NCBI GenBank assembly: GCA_963746845.1 | Contig: CAVVCZ010000004.1 | Location: 160,001-224,000 of the forward strand | Length of the DNA stretch: 64,000 bases | Direction of reading: 5' to 3' | Source of the DNA: an uncultured Chloroflexia bacterium | Lineage (GTDB): Bacteria; Chloroflexota; Limnocylindria; Limnocylindrales; CSP1-4 | Shown: positions 52,546 to 64,000 of the stretch, one piece after another | Position numbering within the stretch: the first letter of the stretch is position 1 | Layout of the letters: the number at the start of each line of letters is the position of its first letter | Made by a program: the position numbers and the translations under genes | Notes under the pieces: model-generated | Told to the model about the DNA's origin: nothing | The model's input: the letters and a program-made list of their open reading frames with translations, nothing else | The model's database searches: none

Positions 52546-53040
52546 TCAGTCACCGGTGCCGGCGGCCTCGATGATGGCGGCGCGAAGGTTGTCCTTGAAC
52601 GCCTGGCCCCACGGGCCCTGCCCGGACAGCACGAAGGGCGACGTCTCGACCGTCTCGTACGTGTCGGGGTCCGTGATATAGCTCCGCGCACAGCCGTCGA
52701 TGGTCGAGCGGAGCCGCTCGTACGAGTCACGGTTCCGGAAGATGTAGAGGTAGAGCCGGACCGGCGTCGTCTGATCGAGACCGACCGCATCGAAGGCGAT
52801 CGCCGTCTTCGCGAGCTCAACGTCGTCGCAGCCGGCGTCACCCGACACGATGTGGCTGACCTGGATCCCCCGCTGGACGACCTCACCGGCGATCCCCTGG
52901 AAGTCGGCTGGCGTCGGCGCGGGCGGGGCGACCGACAGCCGATCGCAGCCCACGAGCATCGCGGCGAGCGCGACGACGGCGAGCGCGATCGCCGCGACGG
53001 AACGGGCGCGACGGAACCACGGCGGGCCGGCGGGGGACAT
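52546..53040 (-). CDS. Hypothetical lipoprotein
   Basis: Lipobox LVGC after a hydrophobic stretch. Confidence 0.75.
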   Translation of the reverse strand: MSPAGPPWFRRARSVAAIALAVVALAAMLVGCDRLSVAPPAPTPADFQGIAGEVVQRGIQVSHIVSGDAGCDDVELAKTAIAFDAVGLDQTTPVRLYLYIFRNRDSYERLRSTIDGCARSYITDPDTYETVETSPFVLSGQGPWGQAFKDNLRAAIIEAAGTGD

Positions 53041-53067
53041 CGTCGCGAGCGTACACGGCGCGCCGGA

Positions 53068-55983
53068 CTATCGCTCGCGAGCCCGCCGCTTTGCGTCGCG
53101 CAGGCGCGCGAGGGTGTCACCGTCGTCGGCCGCCGGCGCGGCCGCGGGGCTCGGCGCTGCCGGGGCCGGGGTCGGCGCGGGCGCGTGAGCGGTCACCCGT
53201 GGCGAGGCCGCTTCCACGGTCGAAGTCGCCGCGACAGCCGTCCCCGCGGTCGGCTCGTCAGTCCGCAGCAACGCGGCCCGCGCCGACGACCCGGCCGCCC
53301 GGTCCCGGGCCGCCATCATCCCCGCGACCTCCGCCGTCCGCGGCGCCACCGCCCGTCGCGAGCCGCCGGTCAGCCAGCGCCGCGCGTCCACGAGCTCCCG
53401 CCGCCCGATCGAGACCCGTCGCAGGGCGATGTCCAGCGGCCACAGGAGCAGCGCGAGGATCAGCAGCACGGGCCACAGGTCGGTCGAGGCGGCGTTCGTC
53501 GCGAGGTCGTGCGTCCACGGCTCCTCGGGGGTCTCGATCGCCCGACCGGCCGTCGCGGACCGCAGCGTGGCGAGGAACGCCTCGTTCGTCCCCAGGACCC
53601 GGTACTCGGCGGGCGTCGGAGCCACGAGTCCGAGCGTCCGGCCCAGCGCCGCCGCGCCCGGCCGCGTCTGCGAGACCCGGATGACGTACGCGCCCGGGTC
53701 GATCTCGCCGAGTGGCGCCTCGTAGACGCCGGGCGCGACCTGCGCGAGCCCGACGGCCTTCGAGGTCAGGTCGGGCTCCGTCATCGCGACGGCGGTCGAG
53801 TAGAAGTCGCGTGGCGAGCCGTCCTCGGCGACGCTCTCGACCCGGAGCTTCGTCTGGTTCCCCTCGGTCACGAAGGTCGCCTCGATGCCGCCCGTCTCCT
53901 CACCGGGGAACGTCCATGACACGAGCTGGCTGAAGAACCGGCTGAACCCGTCCCAGGCGATCCAGCTCTTCGCCCAGCGACCGGTGGAGTCCGATGTCCA
54001 GGCCACCGACCGCCCCAGGCCGTACTGCCACTGCGCGAGGAGCGGGTCGTCCCGGGCCGTGACGAGGACCGTCTGGGCGGCCGCCTTGGCCGTCGTGCCG
54101 TTGTAGCCGAGCAGCTGCGGCAGCGCGTCGATCCCGCGGAGGATCGGCGACTGCGATGTCAGGATCGGGTGGAACGTCTCTTCGACGATCTGCTGGCCGG
54201 CGACCTGCTGGGTCTCCTTGAGGAAGATGTCGGGGATGCTCGCCGGGTTCGTCGCGGGATAGAAGCGACCACCGCCGTCCTTCGCGAGCTGGGCCAGGAA
54301 CGGGTTCGCGCCGCCGCCGGCACCCACGGTCGACAGCGTGATCCCATCCGCCTTCATCTGCTTGAGGATCGCGTCGTACTGGCCCGAGGTCGACCAGCCG
54401 TCGGTCAGCAGGATGATGTGGCGCCGCGTCGCGGTCGTCGTCTCGAGCGACTTCACGGCCTGGTCGAGACCCGCGAAGATGTTCGTCTGCCCGAGCGGCT
54501 GGATACCCGCGATCGCCCCGCCGAGGTCCGGGATCCCGCCGAGCGGCTGGGTGTGAACGACCCAGTGGGCGCTCTCGTCGAAGGCCACGATCCCCAGCTG
54601 GTCGCGTGCCGACATCGCGGCGGCGGCGCGGAGTATCGCCTCCTTGCCGATGTCGACCTTGCGGACCCCGGCGATGCCGGACCCGGAGCCGCGGTCGAAC
54701 GTGTTGCAGTGGCAGGCATCCATCGACCCGGACTTGTCGATGACGACGACGAGGGCGACGTCCGGCTGCTTCTGCTGGTCCTTGACCCCCATGTCGACCG
54801 GCAGCGCCTCCTCGACGGGCGTGTCCGTGTAGCCGCCGGCCCCGTAGCTCTTCGGGCCGCCGATCATCACGAGGCCCTTGCCGAAGTCCCGGACGTACTG
54901 CTGGAGCGCGGACAGCTGGTCGTTCGAGAGCCGGAGCCGCGACACGTCGACGAGGACGATGCTGTCGTACGCGAGCAGGCCCTCGATCCCGGTCGGCAGC
55001 TGCTCCGGGATCAGGGTGTCGACCTGCTCGCGCTCGGTCCGGAGCGCCCCGACCAGCTCCGCCGCGACCTTCTCGTCGCCGGCGAGGACGAGGACCTGGG
55101 GCTCGCCCTTGACGATCGTGTCGGAGTCGGCGCGGTTGTTCTGGCTGAACGTGTCGCGACCCGCCTCCACGACCGCGCGGAACGTGTGGAACCCGGCCTC
55201 GGTCGGCTTGACGAGGAACGTGACCCGGTTCGAGCCCACCGCGAGATCCACGGTCTTCTCCGCGACCTGGGCCCCGTCGGCATAGAGCCGGATGGTTGCG
55301 GGCTGGGCGACGGTCGAGTGGACGTCGGCGGTCGCCTCGATCTCCTCGCCGATCCGTGCCGTGGATGGCGTCGTGAGCCGATCGACGAGCACCTCGTCGG
55401 CCGTCCCGAGCCCGATCGCCCGCGTCTCGATCTGGACGCCGCGGGCGGCCGCGAGGGCCGCCTCGGACTGGCCCGAGCCGGTCGTGTCGTTGCCGTCGGA
55501 GATCAGGACGATCCGCTTCTGGGCGTCGTCGGGGAAGAGCGCCGAGGCGAGCCGGAGCGCGGCACCGATGTCCGTCGCGGACCGGACCGGCGTGGAGGCG
55601 ATCCGGTCGATCTCGCGGACCTCGGCCGGCAGCCGCTCCACGAGCGCCGCGCGTCCGAACCCGACGATCCCCGCGACATCGCCCTCGGGCATCACCTTGA
55701 GGCTGTCGCGGATCCAGGCGAGCGCATCCTCGCGGCCGGGCTGGCCGACCGAGTCGGACAGGTCGACGACGTAGACGGTCGCGAGGCGATCGACCGGCAG
55801 CACGAGGCGGAACCCCGCGAGGGCCAGGACGAGCACCGCCATGAGGACCGTCCGGACGAGGAGCGCCAGCCGCCGTCGTCCGAGCCCCATCCGGCGGCGC
55901 GAGGCGAGATGCAGCCCGATCGTCAGCCCGAGGGCAGGGACGAGGAGGAGGAGCGCCAGCGGCGCGTCGAAGCCGACGCCCAT
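53068..55983 (-). CDS. Membrane protein with two VWA domains and a glutamine-amidotransferase-like domain
   Basis: DLSDS and DKSGS MIDAS motifs; ILLTDG; GGPKSYGAGGY; QWQYGLGRS. Confidence 0.88.
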   Translation of the reverse strand: MGVGFDAPLALLLLVPALGLTIGLHLASRRRMGLGRRRLALLVRTVLMAVLVLALAGFRLVLPVDRLATVYVVDLSDSVGQPGREDALAWIRDSLKVMPEGDVAGIVGFGRAALVERLPAEVREIDRIASTPVRSATDIGAALRLASALFPDDAQKRIVLISDGNDTTGSGQSEAALAAARGVQIETRAIGLGTADEVLVDRLTTPSTARIGEEIEATADVHSTVAQPATIRLYADGAQVAEKTVDLAVGSNRVTFLVKPTEAGFHTFRAVVEAGRDTFSQNNRADSDTIVKGEPQVLVLAGDEKVAAELVGALRTEREQVDTLIPEQLPTGIEGLLAYDSIVLVDVSRLRLSNDQLSALQQYVRDFGKGLVMIGGPKSYGAGGYTDTPVEEALPVDMGVKDQQKQPDVALVVVIDKSGSMDACHCNTFDRGSGSGIAGVRKVDIGKEAILRAAAAMSARDQLGIVAFDESAHWVVHTQPLGGIPDLGGAIAGIQPLGQTNIFAGLDQAVKSLETTTATRRHIILLTDGWSTSGQYDAILKQMKADGITLSTVGAGGGANPFLAQLAKDGGGRFYPATNPASIPDIFLKETQQVAGQQIVEETFHPILTSQSPILRGIDALPQLLGYNGTTAKAAAQTVLVTARDDPLLAQWQYGLGRSVAWTSDSTGRWAKSWIAWDGFSRFFSQLVSWTFPGEETGGIEATFVTEGNQTKLRVESVAEDGSPRDFYSTAVAMTEPDLTSKAVGLAQVAPGVYEAPLGEIDPGAYVIRVSQTRPGAAALGRTLGLVAPTPAEYRVLGTNEAFLATLRSATAGRAIETPEEPWTHDLATNAASTDLWPVLLILALLLWPLDIALRRVSIGRRELVDARRWLTGGSRRAVAPRTAEVAGMMAARDRAAGSSARAALLRTDEPTAGTAVAATSTVEAASPRVTAHAPAPTPAPAAPSPAAAPAADDGDTLARLRDAKRRARER

Positions 55984-58073
55984 CAGCCGTTCCCCGCCGG
56001 GCGCCGGAGCCGGCCCTTCCCGGCGCGCCAGCCACGCTGGACCGTGTCGCGGTGATAGATCGCCCACTCGAGGCAGAGCACGACGAGGACGACGAAGACG
56101 ATCGGGATCCACAGCTCGTCGCGGGCGTTCGGCCGCGTCTCGGCCACGCTGCCGCCGCCCGCGGGCGCCCCGGAGGCGCCGGGGGCCGGCGCGGCCTTCC
56201 CGAGGTCCTCCAGCACGCGCGGCGGGCCGGGGGCAATTGCCGACTCGGACGCGTCGAAGAGATCGACCGCGAAGGCGATCGGCCGGGAGGCATCAACGTC
56301 CGGCGCGCCCGAGCCCGATGGCGCGACCGCGGCCGCCGACGGTGCCGCGGTGGCCGCCCCGGACGGCGTGCCGGAGGCGTCCGGGGCCGCGATCGGCGTC
56401 GCCGTGTAGATGCCGAGGAGATCGGTCTGGGTGAACGTCACGCTCGGTCCGGCGGCGGCGCCCGGGATCAGGTCCGTCGCGCTGCCGTCCGGCCGGACCA
56501 CGTGGAGCCCCGCAGCGCCCGCAGGCACGGTCAGGACGATCGGGTCGCCCGGCTCGACGGCCGTCGTTGGCGCCGCGGAGCCGCCCAGCAGCTCACCGGT
56601 CAGGTTCGCGATCAGGATCGGGAACGCGACCTGGAGCGGCAGGTCGGACTCGCGCGGCTCGAACGCGAGCACGGCCGTGGGGATGCCGGCCCGGACCCCG
56701 GCATACAGGAGCGGCGCGCCCTTCGGGCCCGGGATCACGGTCCGCGCCCAGGCCGGGAGCGTCAGCGACCGCGCTTCGGCGATGTGGGTGGTCGTCAGGT
56801 CGACGTAGCGGAGGATCGGCTCGTCGGTCCCGAGCGTGCCGATCCCGGGGTTCTTCAGGACGCCACCGACCTCGCCCAGCCCGCTCGAGCTCGGCGGGGC
56901 GATCGCCAGGATCGGCGTCGCGGGCAGGGTCGCCGGAACGGTGCCCTCGAAGATGATCAGGTCCCACGCCGAGCCGTCGCGCCGGACGGCGCCCGCCGGA
57001 TACTCGGACGGCTTCAGCCCGAACAGCCGGCTGTTCGGCAGATACGAGAGGGCGGTCTCGAGATACGGGTCGCCCTCGCCCACGACGAGGATGTTCCGCT
57101 CCCGCTGGGGCGGGACGACGGCCCAGGCACGGTCGTCCGCGGCCAGGAGATCGGGCCGGGCGTTCGGGTCGGCGTCCTCGGGCGCCGTCAGGCGGATCTC
57201 GATCGTCGCGACCTCGGCTGGGACGTCGTCGACGATCACGTCCGCCTTCTGCTGCGCATCGATCTGGATCGTCCGCGTCTCGAGCAGCCGGTCGTCGCCC
57301 CACACCTCGACCCGCCGCGTCGCCGCCTCGAGATCCAGGTTCGCGATGCTCACGAAGACCGAGCGCGTCACGGCCGACGGCGCGGTCCGCACCGCCAACG
57401 CCACGATGGCCTGGTTCCGGCTGCCCTTGGGATCGCCGACGCGGAGGACCCGGACCGGCGAATCGACCTTCGTCGTTGGCGGGACCGCCAGCGCGGCATC
57501 GGTGGCGACGAGGATCTCCGCGTCGCCCGACTGGACGGCCAGCTGCTGGGCGAGCGCCAGCGCGTCCGTGAGGTCGCCGCGGGCCACGCTCGGGCGGATC
57601 GAGTCGATCGCCCCCCGGACCCGCCCGAGATCCGTCGTCCCGGTCGCCACGATGCGGGCCGTCCGCCCGGCCTCGATCACGCTGACCTTGCCGCCCGCCG
57701 GCAGGTCCCTGAGCGCGTCCTTGGCCGCGTCACGCGCGGCGGCGAGGCGATCGGGCGGGGTGTCCGTGGCGCTCATGCTCGCGGAGGTGTCGATGATCAG
57801 GACGATGTCCCGGGCCAGACCGGCCGGCCGCTCGAGGAACGGACGTGCGGCCAGGAGCGCCAGCACGACGACGAGCAGCAGCTGGAGGAGGAACAGCAGG
57901 CTCCGGCGGAGCTTCTGCCACGGAGCATTCGCCTCGACATCGGCGGCCAGCCGCTGCCAGAGCAGCGTGGACGGGACGACCGTCTCGCGCCGGCGCAGGC
58001 GGAGCAGGTACATCGCGATGACCGCCGGCACGAACAGCAGGCCGAGCAGCGCCAGCGGGGTCGTGAAGGGCAT
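55983..58073 (-). CDS. BatA/VWA domain membrane protein
   Basis: BatA N-terminus (PAVIAMYLLR...PSTLLW), DTSASM MIDAS, C-terminal LEW TM. Confidence 0.88.
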   Translation of the reverse strand: MPFTTPLALLGLLFVPAVIAMYLLRLRRRETVVPSTLLWQRLAADVEANAPWQKLRRSLLFLLQLLLVVVLALLAARPFLERPAGLARDIVLIIDTSASMSATDTPPDRLAAARDAAKDALRDLPAGGKVSVIEAGRTARIVATGTTDLGRVRGAIDSIRPSVARGDLTDALALAQQLAVQSGDAEILVATDAALAVPPTTKVDSPVRVLRVGDPKGSRNQAIVALAVRTAPSAVTRSVFVSIANLDLEAATRRVEVWGDDRLLETRTIQIDAQQKADVIVDDVPAEVATIEIRLTAPEDADPNARPDLLAADDRAWAVVPPQRERNILVVGEGDPYLETALSYLPNSRLFGLKPSEYPAGAVRRDGSAWDLIIFEGTVPATLPATPILAIAPPSSSGLGEVGGVLKNPGIGTLGTDEPILRYVDLTTTHIAEARSLTLPAWARTVIPGPKGAPLLYAGVRAGIPTAVLAFEPRESDLPLQVAFPILIANLTGELLGGSAAPTTAVEPGDPIVLTVPAGAAGLHVVRPDGSATDLIPGAAAGPSVTFTQTDLLGIYTATPIAAPDASGTPSGAATAAPSAAAVAPSGSGAPDVDASRPIAFAVDLFDASESAIAPGPPRVLEDLGKAAPAPGASGAPAGGGSVAETRPNARDELWIPIVFVVLVVLCLEWAIYHRDTVQRGWRAGKGRLRRPAGNG

Positions 58074-58087
58074 CGGGCGGTTCGGCC

Positions 58088-59050
58088 TCAGGCGACCACG
58101 CGTCGACGCCGCAGCTCGGCGAAGACGAGGTCGTTCAGCGGGACGTCGGTCGACAGGTCGACGTAGGTCGCCGCGCGGCGGGCCGCCAGATCGGCGAACC
58201 CCCCCTTCCACGCGGCGAGCCGGTCGCGGTAGGCATCGATGGTCGCGAGGTCGGCGGTGACATCGATGCCCTCGCCGGTCTCGCTGTCGACGAGCCGGAG
58301 ATCGCCCTCCAGCGGCGGGTCCAGCTCCTGCGGGGAGAGCACGTGGAGGATGACGAGCTCCGAGCGGGTCGCGGCGAGCTCGCGGATCACCTTGTCCGCG
58401 GCCGGATCGAGGAGGTCGGACAGCAGGATGACAACGCCCCGGCCGGTGAGCTGCGCCGCGGCGTGCCGGGCGGCCGCCACGAGATCCGTCGCGCCGTCGG
58501 CCGGCGCGATGGCCGAGAGGTCCGTGAGGAGCCGGAACACACGGCCGGAGCCGCGGAGCGCCACCCGGCGCCGCGCCGAGCGACCACCGAGCACGCTGAC
58601 CGCGACGCGATCCTCCGACGCGAGCCCGATGTATCCGAGGGCCGCCGCAGCCCGCTTCGCGAACTGGAGCTTGTCCGGGTGCCCGCTCGCCATCGACGCG
58701 GAGGCGTCGAGGAGGAGCGTGATCGTCACGTCCTCCTCCTCCACGAAGAGCTTGACGAACAGCTTCTCGAGCCGGGCGAGGACGTTCCAGTCGAGCTGGC
58801 GCAGGTCGTCGCCGAGGGAGTAGTCGCGGAAATCGGCGAACTCGACGCTCTGGCCGCGCTTGACGCTCCGGCGGCCGCCCTTCAGACCGCCCCGGACCGG
58901 GGCCCGCATCAGGAGGAGCAGGCGCTCCAGCTGGCGGAGGAACGCCTCGTCGAAGACGGTCGGGTCGAGCTCGCCCGGCAGGAACGCGGGCCGGCCCGCG
59001 CCGCCGCCGCCCGGGCCGTCGGGCGGCGCGGCGCGCTCGGTCATCGCCAT
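58088..59050 (-). CDS. DUF58 domain protein
   Basis: GQSVEFADFRDYSLGDDLRQLDWN, DASASM, SDLL. Confidence 0.92.
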   Translation of the reverse strand: MAMTERAAPPDGPGGGGAGRPAFLPGELDPTVFDEAFLRQLERLLLLMRAPVRGGLKGGRRSVKRGQSVEFADFRDYSLGDDLRQLDWNVLARLEKLFVKLFVEEEDVTITLLLDASASMASGHPDKLQFAKRAAAALGYIGLASEDRVAVSVLGGRSARRRVALRGSGRVFRLLTDLSAIAPADGATDLVAAARHAAAQLTGRGVVILLSDLLDPAADKVIRELAATRSELVILHVLSPQELDPPLEGDLRLVDSETGEGIDVTADLATIDAYRDRLAAWKGGFADLAARRAATYVDLSTDVPLNDLVFAELRRRRVVA

Positions 59051-59071
59051 GGTTCGCCGCCGGACGGGCGG

Positions 59072-60100
<1,029 letters not shown>

Positions 60101-60113
60101 CCGATCCTCCAGA

Positions 60114-62071
60114 TCACTTCGTGGGATCCAGCGAGCTGAAGTAGTCGCGGACGTAGTCCTTGACCGAGATCGGCACGTAGTTCCGATCGAGGCTCGTCAG
60201 GGCGTAGTCGTGGAAGTCGCCGAAGACCTGCTGGTACGGCGTGAGGGCGCCGTTGTTCTGGCCCTGGCCGGTCTGGTTCCCCTGCTGGGTCTGTCCGTCG
60301 CCGCCCGTCCCGGCCACGTAGGACGGGTCGCCCGGCTTGCCGAGCCGATCGAACGGGGCGAAGACGCTCGACAGGTCGGGCCCGAGCTGGGACGGCCGGT
60401 TCGGGTTGGTCGGGCCGCGCGGGGCGCCGCCACTGCTCGATCCCTGGCCGAGCGACCGCGCGCTCGAGCCGCCACCGCCGATGGCGCCCTGGCCTTGGCC
60501 CTGCCCCTGCCCCTGCCCCTGGCCCTGGCCCTGCCCCTGGCCTTGGCCCTGCCCTTGCCCCTGGCCCTGGCCCTGGCCCTGGCCTTGCCCCTGGCCCTGA
60601 CCCTGGCCGCTCTGACCGGGTCGCGGGCTCCCCCCTGACCCTGACCCTGACCCTGGCCCGGCTGACCGCTCTGGCCCGGCTGGCCCTGGCCCTGCTGCCC
60701 CGGTTGCCCGGCCTGGCCCGGCTGCCCCGCCTGGCCCTGCTGCCCCGCCTGGCCCGGTTGACCGGCGTTCGCCAGCGACCGCCGCGTCTCCTGGAGCTGG
60801 GACGCCGCACGGGCGAGATCGCGGTTGGTCTGGACCTGATCGCCTGCGCCCTGCAGCGCGTCGCCAAGCCGCTTCAGGGCGTCCTGTGCCGCCGCGGTCT
60901 GCCCCTGGGAGATGGCCTGCGCGGCGTCCCGGAGCGCCTGACCCGCCGATCCGCCGGCCTGCGACGCCGCCGACTGGAGGGCGGACAGCGCGGCGGCCAA
61001 GTCCCGGCGCGCTTCGGGAGTCATGGTGTCGAGCTGGTCGCCGAGCCGCTTCAGGTCGTCGGCCGTGACCTTCGGGTCGCCGTCCTTGTTCGCCTCGGGC
61101 TTGCCCGACGCCGCTCGCGAAAGGGACCGGTTGAGCGACGTCAGCGCCGATGCGCGCTGCTCGTTGCCCGGATCGAGCTGGGAGTGGAGCGATGCCTCGA
61201 CGGAGCCCACGTGCGCGAGGTTGGTCTTCAGGTCCTCGGGATGCATGCGGAGCTGGGCGGCGAGGTCCCGCAGGTCCGCGGCCAGACGGCTGCGGGGGTC
61301 GTCCGGCTTGGCGCCCTTCGACTCGAGCTCCTTCGCGATCTCGTCGATGCGGGTCGCCTGCTTCTGCGCCTCGTCGCGGTTGGCACGCGCCTGGGCGATG
61401 GCCTGGTCCTGCACGTTCGGCAGGATCACGAGTGGGGCGATCAGCACCGTCGCGACCAGCGCCACCACCGCCGGCCGTGTCGAGCGTCGTGGCCGGAAGA
61501 GGGACGCCGGCGCGATCTGCAGGGCACGCACCGCATCCAGCCGCTGGCGCCGGACGAAGTGCTCGATCTCGAGCTCGTCCGCGCCGGCCGCCCGGACCGG
61601 GGTTGCGTCGTCCGGCGCGGATGCCGCGTCGGCCGGTCCCGCGAACGCGGGCCAGGCCGCGGCGAGGGCGAACGCGCTGGAGACGCGGTCACCGAGGTGT
61701 CCTTCCGCGTCGACGGCGATCGCCGTCTCGCCGAGCGTCGGCCGGCAGCGGCTCGCGGCAACGAGGAACGCCCCGATGCCGATGGCGATGATCCCGATCA
61801 CGATCGAGGGCAGCGCCTCGATCGGGACGAGGCGGGCCAGCGCGAGCACCGCGGTGATGGCGATGAGCGTCACGGCGACGGCGATCCACGCTCGACGGAC
61901 GATCCGCCGAAGCCACAGCCGCCGTCGGTGACCGATCAGGCTCGCCCGGATCGCCTCGAGGCTCGGGTCGAGCGGTCCCGGCACCGTCAGCCGCGGATCC
62001 GGTGGTGCGATCGCGACCGCCGGGGCCGGTGCCGCGGCGCCGCCCCGACGGAACGCCGACCGGCGGATCAT
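60114..62071 (-). CDS. Membrane-anchored coiled-coil protein with Gly-Gln repeats; frameshift at ~60600-60640
   Basis: N-terminal TMs, coiled coil, (GQ)n tract; C-terminal ...VRDYFSSL lies in another frame. Confidence 0.8.
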
Positions 62072-63333
62072 GCGGCGCTCCGGCTCGGGCGGCGGAGCCA
62101 CCGCCACCGCCGGGTCGGCGAAACGAGCTGGATCGAGGCGACGATCAGGATGACCGAGAGGATCGCCCAGGCACGGAGGCTGCGCGGCCAGAAGGTGTCG
62201 CGCTGGACGCCGAAGGGCTGCGGTTCGACGGCCGCGACCTGGACAGTGCCGTCATCCCGGATCACGGTCCCGTCGGGGAGCACCTTGGCCGGGACCGGGA
62301 TGGCGACCCCGGTGTTCACGTCGATCGTTCCGCCGCCGACACCGAACCCGGGTTGCGTGCTCGGGAACAGACCGCCGCCGCTCACGCCGGTGCCGGTCGC
62401 GCTGATCGCGCCATTCGTCACGGTGTACAGCCGGCTGCACCAGCCTCCGTATCCGTCGGATGCCCCGCAGATCACGTCGTACTCGGCCGCGAACGGGTTG
62501 AACCACAGGAGCGCCTCGGGCGCGCGGCCCTTGATCGGGCCGAGGCCGGTGGATGCGGACACGAGCCCGGTCGTCGCGCTCACGCCCGACATCGTGTTCC
62601 AGAACAGGACGCCGAACATCGTCCCGAGCGACAGGAACAGCACCGCGAAGAACGTGACGACCGTCGCGCCCTGGGTCCGCTGCATCACCGCGGAGATGAA
62701 CAGCCCGAGCGAGCCGAGCCCGATCGCGGAGATGATCAGGACGGCGTACGCCCGCAGGACGTCGTCCGGGCCGACGCCGCCGAACACGAACACGATCGCC
62801 GTCAGCGGGATCGAGGCGGCGATCAGCAGGAAGACGTAGGCGAGCGCGCTGAACAGCTTGCCCACCACGATCGCCAGCGACGAGATCGGCGTCGCCGTGA
62901 GCATGTCGAGCGTCTGCTTCTCCCGCTCGAGGCTGATCGCGCCGGAGGTGAACGCCGGCGCGAGGAAGACGACGAGGAGCGTCTCGACGAGGATCAGCGC
63001 CCCGAACACCTCCTGGCCGACCTGGGCGGACGCGAATGCCGCCGAGCCGCCCTGGAGCGAGGCGTTCTGGACGTAGGCGCGTTCCGCGACCAGCTCCCAG
63101 GCCCACGCGAACATCGCGAGGAACAGCAGGTAGAAGGTCAGGACGACGAAGGCCCGCCGGCCGCGGACCCGTCCGCGGAGCTCCTTCACGCCGACCGCGA
63201 CGATCCCGCCCGCGCCGTTGCGGACCGCCCGGATCGGATGGGGCCGCCCCCGCGGCGCGTGCTCCGGCGGCGGCTTCACGGCCTCGGTTCTCGCTGCCCG
63301 TGTCACCGCGTCGTCGATCTCGGCGTTCGTCAC
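62068..63333 (-). CDS. ABC-2 type permease (true start may be ATG at 63371 across an indel)
   Basis: KELRGRVRG, AISLEREKQTLDML, GKL motifs; multiple TMs. Confidence 0.88.
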   Translation of the reverse strand: MTNAEIDDAVTRAARTEAVKPPPEHAPRGRPHPIRAVRNGAGGIVAVGVKELRGRVRGRRAFVVLTFYLLFLAMFAWAWELVAERAYVQNASLQGGSAAFASAQVGQEVFGALILVETLLVVFLAPAFTSGAISLEREKQTLDMLTATPISSLAIVVGKLFSALAYVFLLIAASIPLTAIVFVFGGVGPDDVLRAYAVLIISAIGLGSLGLFISAVMQRTQGATVVTFFAVLFLSLGTMFGVLFWNTMSGVSATTGLVSASTGLGPIKGRAPEALLWFNPFAAEYDVICGASDGYGGWCSRLYTVTNGAISATGTGVSGGGLFPSTQPGFGVGGGTIDVNTGVAIPVPAKVLPDGTVIRDDGTVQVAAVEPQPFGVQRDTFWPRSLRAWAILSVILIVASIQLVSPTRRWRWLRRPSRSAA

Positions 63334-63372
63334 GTCCGGGACCGTCCAGTCGAGCTGGGGTCGTCGGTCATC

Positions 63373-64000
63373 TCAGGCCACCTGCTCGCTCGTCGGTCCG
63401 CCGTTGGCCGTGACCTGGAGGAAGAGCTCCTCCAGGTCGCTCGCGGCCCGGGCGAACGAGGAGATCCGGATCCCCGCTCCGACCGCGCCCGTCAGGAGAA
63501 CAGCGGCATCGTCGTCGTCGCCGCGGAACCCGATCTCCACGATGCCGCTGTCGAGGACCGTCGCCGACGCGACGCGCGGGTCCGCGGCGAAGTGGTCACG
63601 CGCGCGCTGGCGGTCGCCATCGCTGCCGAGCACGCCGACCCGGAGCACGGCGCCATAGCGCAGGCGGCGTTCGATGTCGCTGACCTTGCCGTGGGCCAGC
63701 ACCTGGCCGTGGTCGACGATCGCGACCGCGGTGCACAGCTCCTCCAGCTCGGGGAGGATGTGGCTGCTGATCACGATCGTCTTCCCGAGCGAGCGCAGCT
63801 CGCGGAGCAGCTCGCGCAGCTCCACGCGAGCCCGCGGGTCAAGGCCGGATGCCGGCTCGTCGAGGAGCAGGACCTGCGGATCGTGGACGAGGGTATGGGC
63901 GAGGCACAGACGCTGCTGCATGCCCCGTGACAGGCTCTGGACATACGCGTCGCGCTTCTCGCCGAGATCGACGAGGTCGAGCAGGTCGCCGATCATCCGG
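63373..64000 (-). CDS. ABC transporter ATP-binding protein (5' end outside the window)
   Basis: LSRGMQQR, LLLDEPASGLDP, ISSHIL. Confidence 0.93.
   Translation of the reverse strand, partial: RMIGDLLDLVDLGEKRDAYVQSLSRGMQQRLCLAHTLVHDPQVLLLDEPASGLDPRARVELRELLRELRSLGKTIVISSHILPELEELCTAVAIVDHGQVLAHGKVSDIERRLRYGAVLRVGVLGSDGDRQRARDHFAADPRVASATVLDSGIVEIGFRGDDDDAAVLLTGAVGAGIRISSFARAASDLEELFLQVTANGGPTSEQVA

Noticed and set aside
60487-60760. (CCCTGG)n / GQ-coding tandem repeats as a possible array
   Set aside because: Low-complexity coding sequence (Gly-Gln linker) with no spacers.

Overview
High-GC bacterial chromosomal segment. Gene content and protein style suggest a Chloroflexota, possibly Limnocylindria/Ellin6529-like; this is inference only. 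About 58 mostly housekeeping or accessory genes plus tRNA-Gln(CUG) and a TPP riboswitch. Main blocks: P-type ATPase/flavodoxin/CBS-BON/FNT; S53 protease; class III cyclase; metY-metX; thiamine-precursor ABC genes; mutY-nnrE-glpD-glpK; a branched-chain 2-oxoacid dehydrogenase operon split by an insertion; lipA; sortase; and an ABC-MoxR-DUF58-VWA cluster. Best unexplained signals: (1) a 21-codon leader ORF with Met-Cys-Met codons, a terminator and a competing antiterminator upstream of metY, i.e. a candidate Met/Cys-sensing transcription attenuator; (2) two paralogous ECF sigma/partner cassettes with a conserved partner N-terminus, a divergent sensor domain and an identically spaced upstream motif; (3) two 150-bp MITE/REPIN-like elements in inverted orientation around an AlkZ-like gene; (4) a second, covarying, structured intergenic repeat; (5) an anti-SD 5'UTR on a zinc-ribbon gene. 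About 8-9 frameshifts, several in homopolymers, look like long-read assembly errors. No CRISPR array, integrase or transposase was seen.
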